Source: a virus (taxonomy: Duplodnaviria; Heunggongvirae; Uroviricota; Caudoviricetes). From it: 64,000 bases of DNA. Shown one piece after another: positions 60,921 to 64,000 of this stretch. Below the pieces are notes generated by a model that saw only the letters and a program-made list of their open reading frames with translations, was not told where the DNA came from and ran no database searches. The DNA lies in the IMG/VR virus record IMGVR_UViG_3300017989_000052; one strand, 5' to 3'. How positions within the stretch are numbered: the first letter of the stretch is position 1; every line of letters begins with the position of its first letter. Position numbers and translations under genes: made by a program.

Positions 60921-62072
60921 ATGATCACAAGCCTCCTCGACAACGATCTCTACAAATACACGATGCAACAAGCGGTGCTTGAACGCTACTACGGCGTTGA
61001 AGTTGAATACCGCTTCACAAATCGGGGGAAACAAAGATTCTCTCCAGAATTCCTTGAGATGTTGAAACAAGCGATCAAGGACATGGAGAAAATTAAACTC
61101 ACCCCGCAAGAGTACGTCTGGTTGCGGGACAATGTTGCGTTCATCAAACCCCAGTATCTTGAGTACCTAAGAAGTTATCGCTTTAATGCCAACGAAGTGT
61201 CTCTTTCCCTTACGGAAGAGAATGATCTTGAGTTGACAATCAAGGGCCCGTGGCATTCAACAATTCTCTGGGAAGTTCCACTGCTTGCCTTAATTAGCGA
61301 ATGCTACTTTAAGACCGTCGACACTTCTTGGGACGCGGAAGGCCAAACAGATAAAGCAAGAAACAAAGCTAAGCGTCTTAAAGACGCAGGATGCCTTTTC
61401 GCAGATTTCGGGACGCGGAGACGTCGCTCCAGGTGGAACCACGCAATTGTCTTGAAGGGACTTAATTCAACCGACGCTTTTGTTGGGACAAGCAACGTCC
61501 TCTTTGCTAAAAAATTGGGCTGTAAGCCAATTGGGACGATGGCACATGAGTTTTGCCAGGCAATGGCTGTGCTAGAAAGCCTAAACCACCCCAATAAGCA
61601 TATGATGAAGAAATGGTACTCTGTCTATAACGGACGGCTAGGAATTGCCTTGACAGATACCTATGGGCTCGAAGCCTTCTTGGGAGACTTTAACCTAAAA
61701 CTTGCTAAGCTCTTTGATGGGGTTCGGCACGACTCGGGATGCCCATTCAAGTTCACAGATCAAATCATTGCCCATTACGAGAGGCTGGGTATTGACCCTA
61801 AATCAAAAACAATTGTTTTTAGCGACGGCCTAAACGTGGACAAAGCCATTGAATTGAATGATTATTGTAAAGGAAGGATCAAATGCTCTTTCGGAATTGG
61901 TACTTTCTTCACCAACGATTTTGAAGAGAGCAAAGCATTAAATATTGTCATTAAACTTTATAAAGCCAATGGAAAGCCCGTTGTAAAATTAAGCGATGAC
62001 CCAGGAAAGGCCATTGGCGAACCTGACGCCGTGCGCGTAATGAAGTGGCTTTTCTTTGGAGAAGCACTTTAA
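60921..62072 (+). CDS. pncB: nicotinate phosphoribosyltransferase
   Basis: SLLDNDLYKYTMQQ, ILWEVPLLA, DFGTRRR, GTSN, GTMAHE, LTDT, GVRHDSG, FSDGL, FGIGT, KLSD. Confidence 0.95.
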   Translation: MITSLLDNDLYKYTMQQAVLERYYGVEVEYRFTNRGKQRFSPEFLEMLKQAIKDMEKIKLTPQEYVWLRDNVAFIKPQYLEYLRSYRFNANEVSLSLTEENDLELTIKGPWHSTILWEVPLLALISECYFKTVDTSWDAEGQTDKARNKAKRLKDAGCLFADFGTRRRRSRWNHAIVLKGLNSTDAFVGTSNVLFAKKLGCKPIGTMAHEFCQAMAVLESLNHPNKHMMKKWYSVYNGRLGIALTDTYGLEAFLGDFNLKLAKLFDGVRHDSGCPFKFTDQIIAHYERLGIDPKSKTIVFSDGLNVDKAIELNDYCKGRIKCSFGIGTFFTNDFEESKALNIVIKLYKANGKPVVKLSDDPGKAIGEPDAVRVMKWLFFGEAL

Positions 62073-62175
62073 CCGGAAAGAAGAAAAATGAATCTTGGTA
62101 TTAAAGATATCAGAAAAGCCGATTAAGAAACGATACAGTCTGCTTCCTGGATTAGGCCCTAGCAGGAGAAAAACA

Positions 62176-63966
62176 ATGAAAGTTAAGCTTGGCGAAATCA
62201 ATACTACCCCTAACGACTTTGATGGGAACCGCGACAGTATTCTCACAGTCTTAGAAGAGGCGAAAAAAGAAAATGCAGACCTTACAGTTTTCCCCGAGCT
62301 TGCAATTTGTGGGTACCTTTCAAAGGACCTACTTTACCAAAAAGGGTTCATCCAGAGGAATCTAGAGGCACTGCGTCATATCCAAAATTGGAGTGCTGAA
62401 AACCACGGCATGGCTATTGTTGTTGGCTATGCTAGTTGGAATAACGGGGGAAAAGGCAAGCCCTTTGCTAACATGGCGGCAGTTGTCCGAGATGGAATGA
62501 TTATTGGCACCTATCAAAAACACCTTTTACCGTTCTACGATGTTTTCGATGAAGGGAGATATTTTGAACCTGGGACCAATCTTTGTGTTGTAAATATCGC
62601 CGGGAAAAAATGTGGCATTACGATTTGCGAAGATGTATGGAACGACAAGGGTGCTGATGATTATTCTTACGAGGATAACCCCGTGGGAAGGTACCGCAAA
62701 GTTGGGGTTGAGGTGCTTATTAATATTAGCAGCTCTCCTTTCGCCCAAAGAAAATCGCGGAAAAGGTTTGGGGTGCTGTCTAAAATTCCAACATTAGAGC
62801 CAATTACTGCTCTAATTTATGTTAATCAGCTTGGCGGGCAAGATGAGCTTGTATTTGATGGAAAAAGCTGTATTATAACCCGGAATAGTTCTTTCGTCAC
62901 AGAGGCGCCAGGCCGAAAAGTTGGTGGGGGGATCGAGAGTCAAAAAATTGCCCCAGCGCGGGCCTTAGAAAATATCAGCGGATGGCCGCTAAACGACTTT
63001 GACCGGCCGTACGAAGATATTTATAAAGCAATTATCCTAGGCTTGTCCGATTATGTAAAGAAATCAGGATTTAAGAAAGTTGTTCTTGGGAGTTCTGGGG
63101 GAGTTGATTCCGCCTTAGTTGCTGCTCTGGCAGCCCATGCGGTAGGACCCAAAAACGTTCATTGTATTATGATGCCGGGGCCACACTCAAGCGAAGGGTC
63201 AGTTAAGGACGCACAAAAGTTGCACCGAAATTTAGGATGTGTTGAGCATACGGTTCCAATTCGGGCGGAAGAGGAATTGGGGCATATCAACCAACAGATC
63301 AAACTAAAAAGCCCATATGACCCTATTGCGGATGAAAATATTCAGGCACGACTTCGGGGTCTTACCGTGATGCATTTCTCCAATGCCTATGGTGCTTTGC
63401 CTCTCTCCACCGGAAATAAAACGGAACTTGCAGTTGGGTATTGCACTCTGTATGGTGATATGAACGGGGGTTTTAACCCAATCGGGGACCTCTATAAGCT
63501 TCAGGTCTATCAAGTTGCAGACTTTATCAACGAATATTACAACGCTGGAAAGTATACCCCAGTTATTCCAAAGGAAATCCTACAGAAAGCACCAAGTGCT
63601 GAACTTGCGCCCGACCAAACAGACGAGAAAAGCCTACTCCCCTACGAAATTCTTGATTTTATCGCAATGGCTTATCTTGAATATTATATCGACGATTTCC
63701 AGGAATTCTTCAACTGGGTTGTGTTTGGAACGCTCCAAGAAAAGTATCCTGTCCTGGCTTCTTGGGAAAACCCATTCGTTAAAGTTCGTCTCTGGGTGGA
63801 CGAAAAGGGATCCGAAGAAGAATTCTATAAGATCATTCGGCGTATCGATGCAGTAGAGTTTAAACGGCGCCAGGCAGCGCCCTGTATTAAACTAAGCAAA
63901 GTTTCTTTCGGAACGGGTCGGCGCCTCCCAATCGTCCAAAAGCTCCGTGACATCCCTCACGCGTAG
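62176..63966 (+). CDS. nadE: glutamine-dependent NAD+ synthetase
   Basis: Nitrilase domain FPEL, KHLLP.YDVFDE.RYF, ICEDVW; synthetase GSSGGVDSA, ENIQARLRG, TGNKTE, YCTLYGD, KAPSAEL..QTDE. Confidence 0.95.
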   Translation: MKVKLGEINTTPNDFDGNRDSILTVLEEAKKENADLTVFPELAICGYLSKDLLYQKGFIQRNLEALRHIQNWSAENHGMAIVVGYASWNNGGKGKPFANMAAVVRDGMIIGTYQKHLLPFYDVFDEGRYFEPGTNLCVVNIAGKKCGITICEDVWNDKGADDYSYEDNPVGRYRKVGVEVLINISSSPFAQRKSRKRFGVLSKIPTLEPITALIYVNQLGGQDELVFDGKSCIITRNSSFVTEAPGRKVGGGIESQKIAPARALENISGWPLNDFDRPYEDIYKAIILGLSDYVKKSGFKKVVLGSSGGVDSALVAALAAHAVGPKNVHCIMMPGPHSSEGSVKDAQKLHRNLGCVEHTVPIRAEEELGHINQQIKLKSPYDPIADENIQARLRGLTVMHFSNAYGALPLSTGNKTELAVGYCTLYGDMNGGFNPIGDLYKLQVYQVADFINEYYNAGKYTPVIPKEILQKAPSAELAPDQTDEKSLLPYEILDFIAMAYLEYYIDDFQEFFNWVVFGTLQEKYPVLASWENPFVKVRLWVDEKGSEEEFYKIIRRIDAVEFKRRQAAPCIKLSKVSFGTGRRLPIVQKLRDIPHA

Positions 63967-64000
63967 AGGTAAGAAAGAAGGATAAAATGCAAAGCCGAAT

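Noticed and set aside
1-64000. Stop-codon reassignment (TAG or TGA), as in some large phages
   Set aside because: Enzymes are full length in code 11, and TAG/TGA end genes that abut the next start; only one isolated internal TAA was found.
1-64000. CRISPR array or diversity-generating retroelement behind the tagged family
   Set aside because: No regularly spaced direct repeats, no reverse transcriptase and no near-identical TR/VR pair; the tag is not conserved at DNA level.
1-64000. Interpretation as a bacterial (e.g. CPR) chromosome segment
   Set aside because: No ribosomal or core operons; a dense one-strand array of tiny ORFans with scattered tRNAs and a phage-type PNK fits a large phage better. 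This cannot be proven without structural genes.

Overview
This window looks like an accessory and host-takeover region of a very large (jumbo/huge) bacteriophage; this is inferred from gene organisation, since no structural or core replication genes fall in the window. It holds about 120 tightly packed, almost all + strand ORFs in standard genetic code 11. Recognisable content: (1) NAD metabolism: nicotinate phosphoribosyltransferase PncB, glutamine-dependent NadE, NAD kinase, two Nudix hydrolases and an isochorismatase-fold enzyme, plus a WGR-PARP and an ADP-ribosylglycohydrolase. (2) tRNA supply and repair: a bacterial type-A RNase P RNA, a Thg1-like guanylyltransferase, 11 tRNAs (two structurally odd), class II LysRS, two kinase/phosphatase end-healing enzymes and a HAD phosphatase. 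(3) Candidate anti-defence nucleotide hydrolases: an Apyc1-like MBL and a 2H phosphoesterase. (4) Two ATP-dependent DNA ligases and a RecA/KaiC-superfamily ATPase with a Q/M/P-rich N-terminus. (5) An IS200/IS605-type tnpB element with both ends visible. The most striking unexplained feature is a short HEAT-like peptide tag, [LFY]-L-T-[HS]-x4-[IVAL]-R-x2-A-K. It occurs once each, almost always near the N- or C-terminus, in about 35 otherwise mostly unrelated small proteins, and in none of the recognisable enzymes. Also visible are a promoter-like motif (nCGT[TA]-N17-[TC]ATAT[TA], 8 copies) and several candidate structured small RNAs. All family assignments come from reading motifs by eye; no database searches were run.
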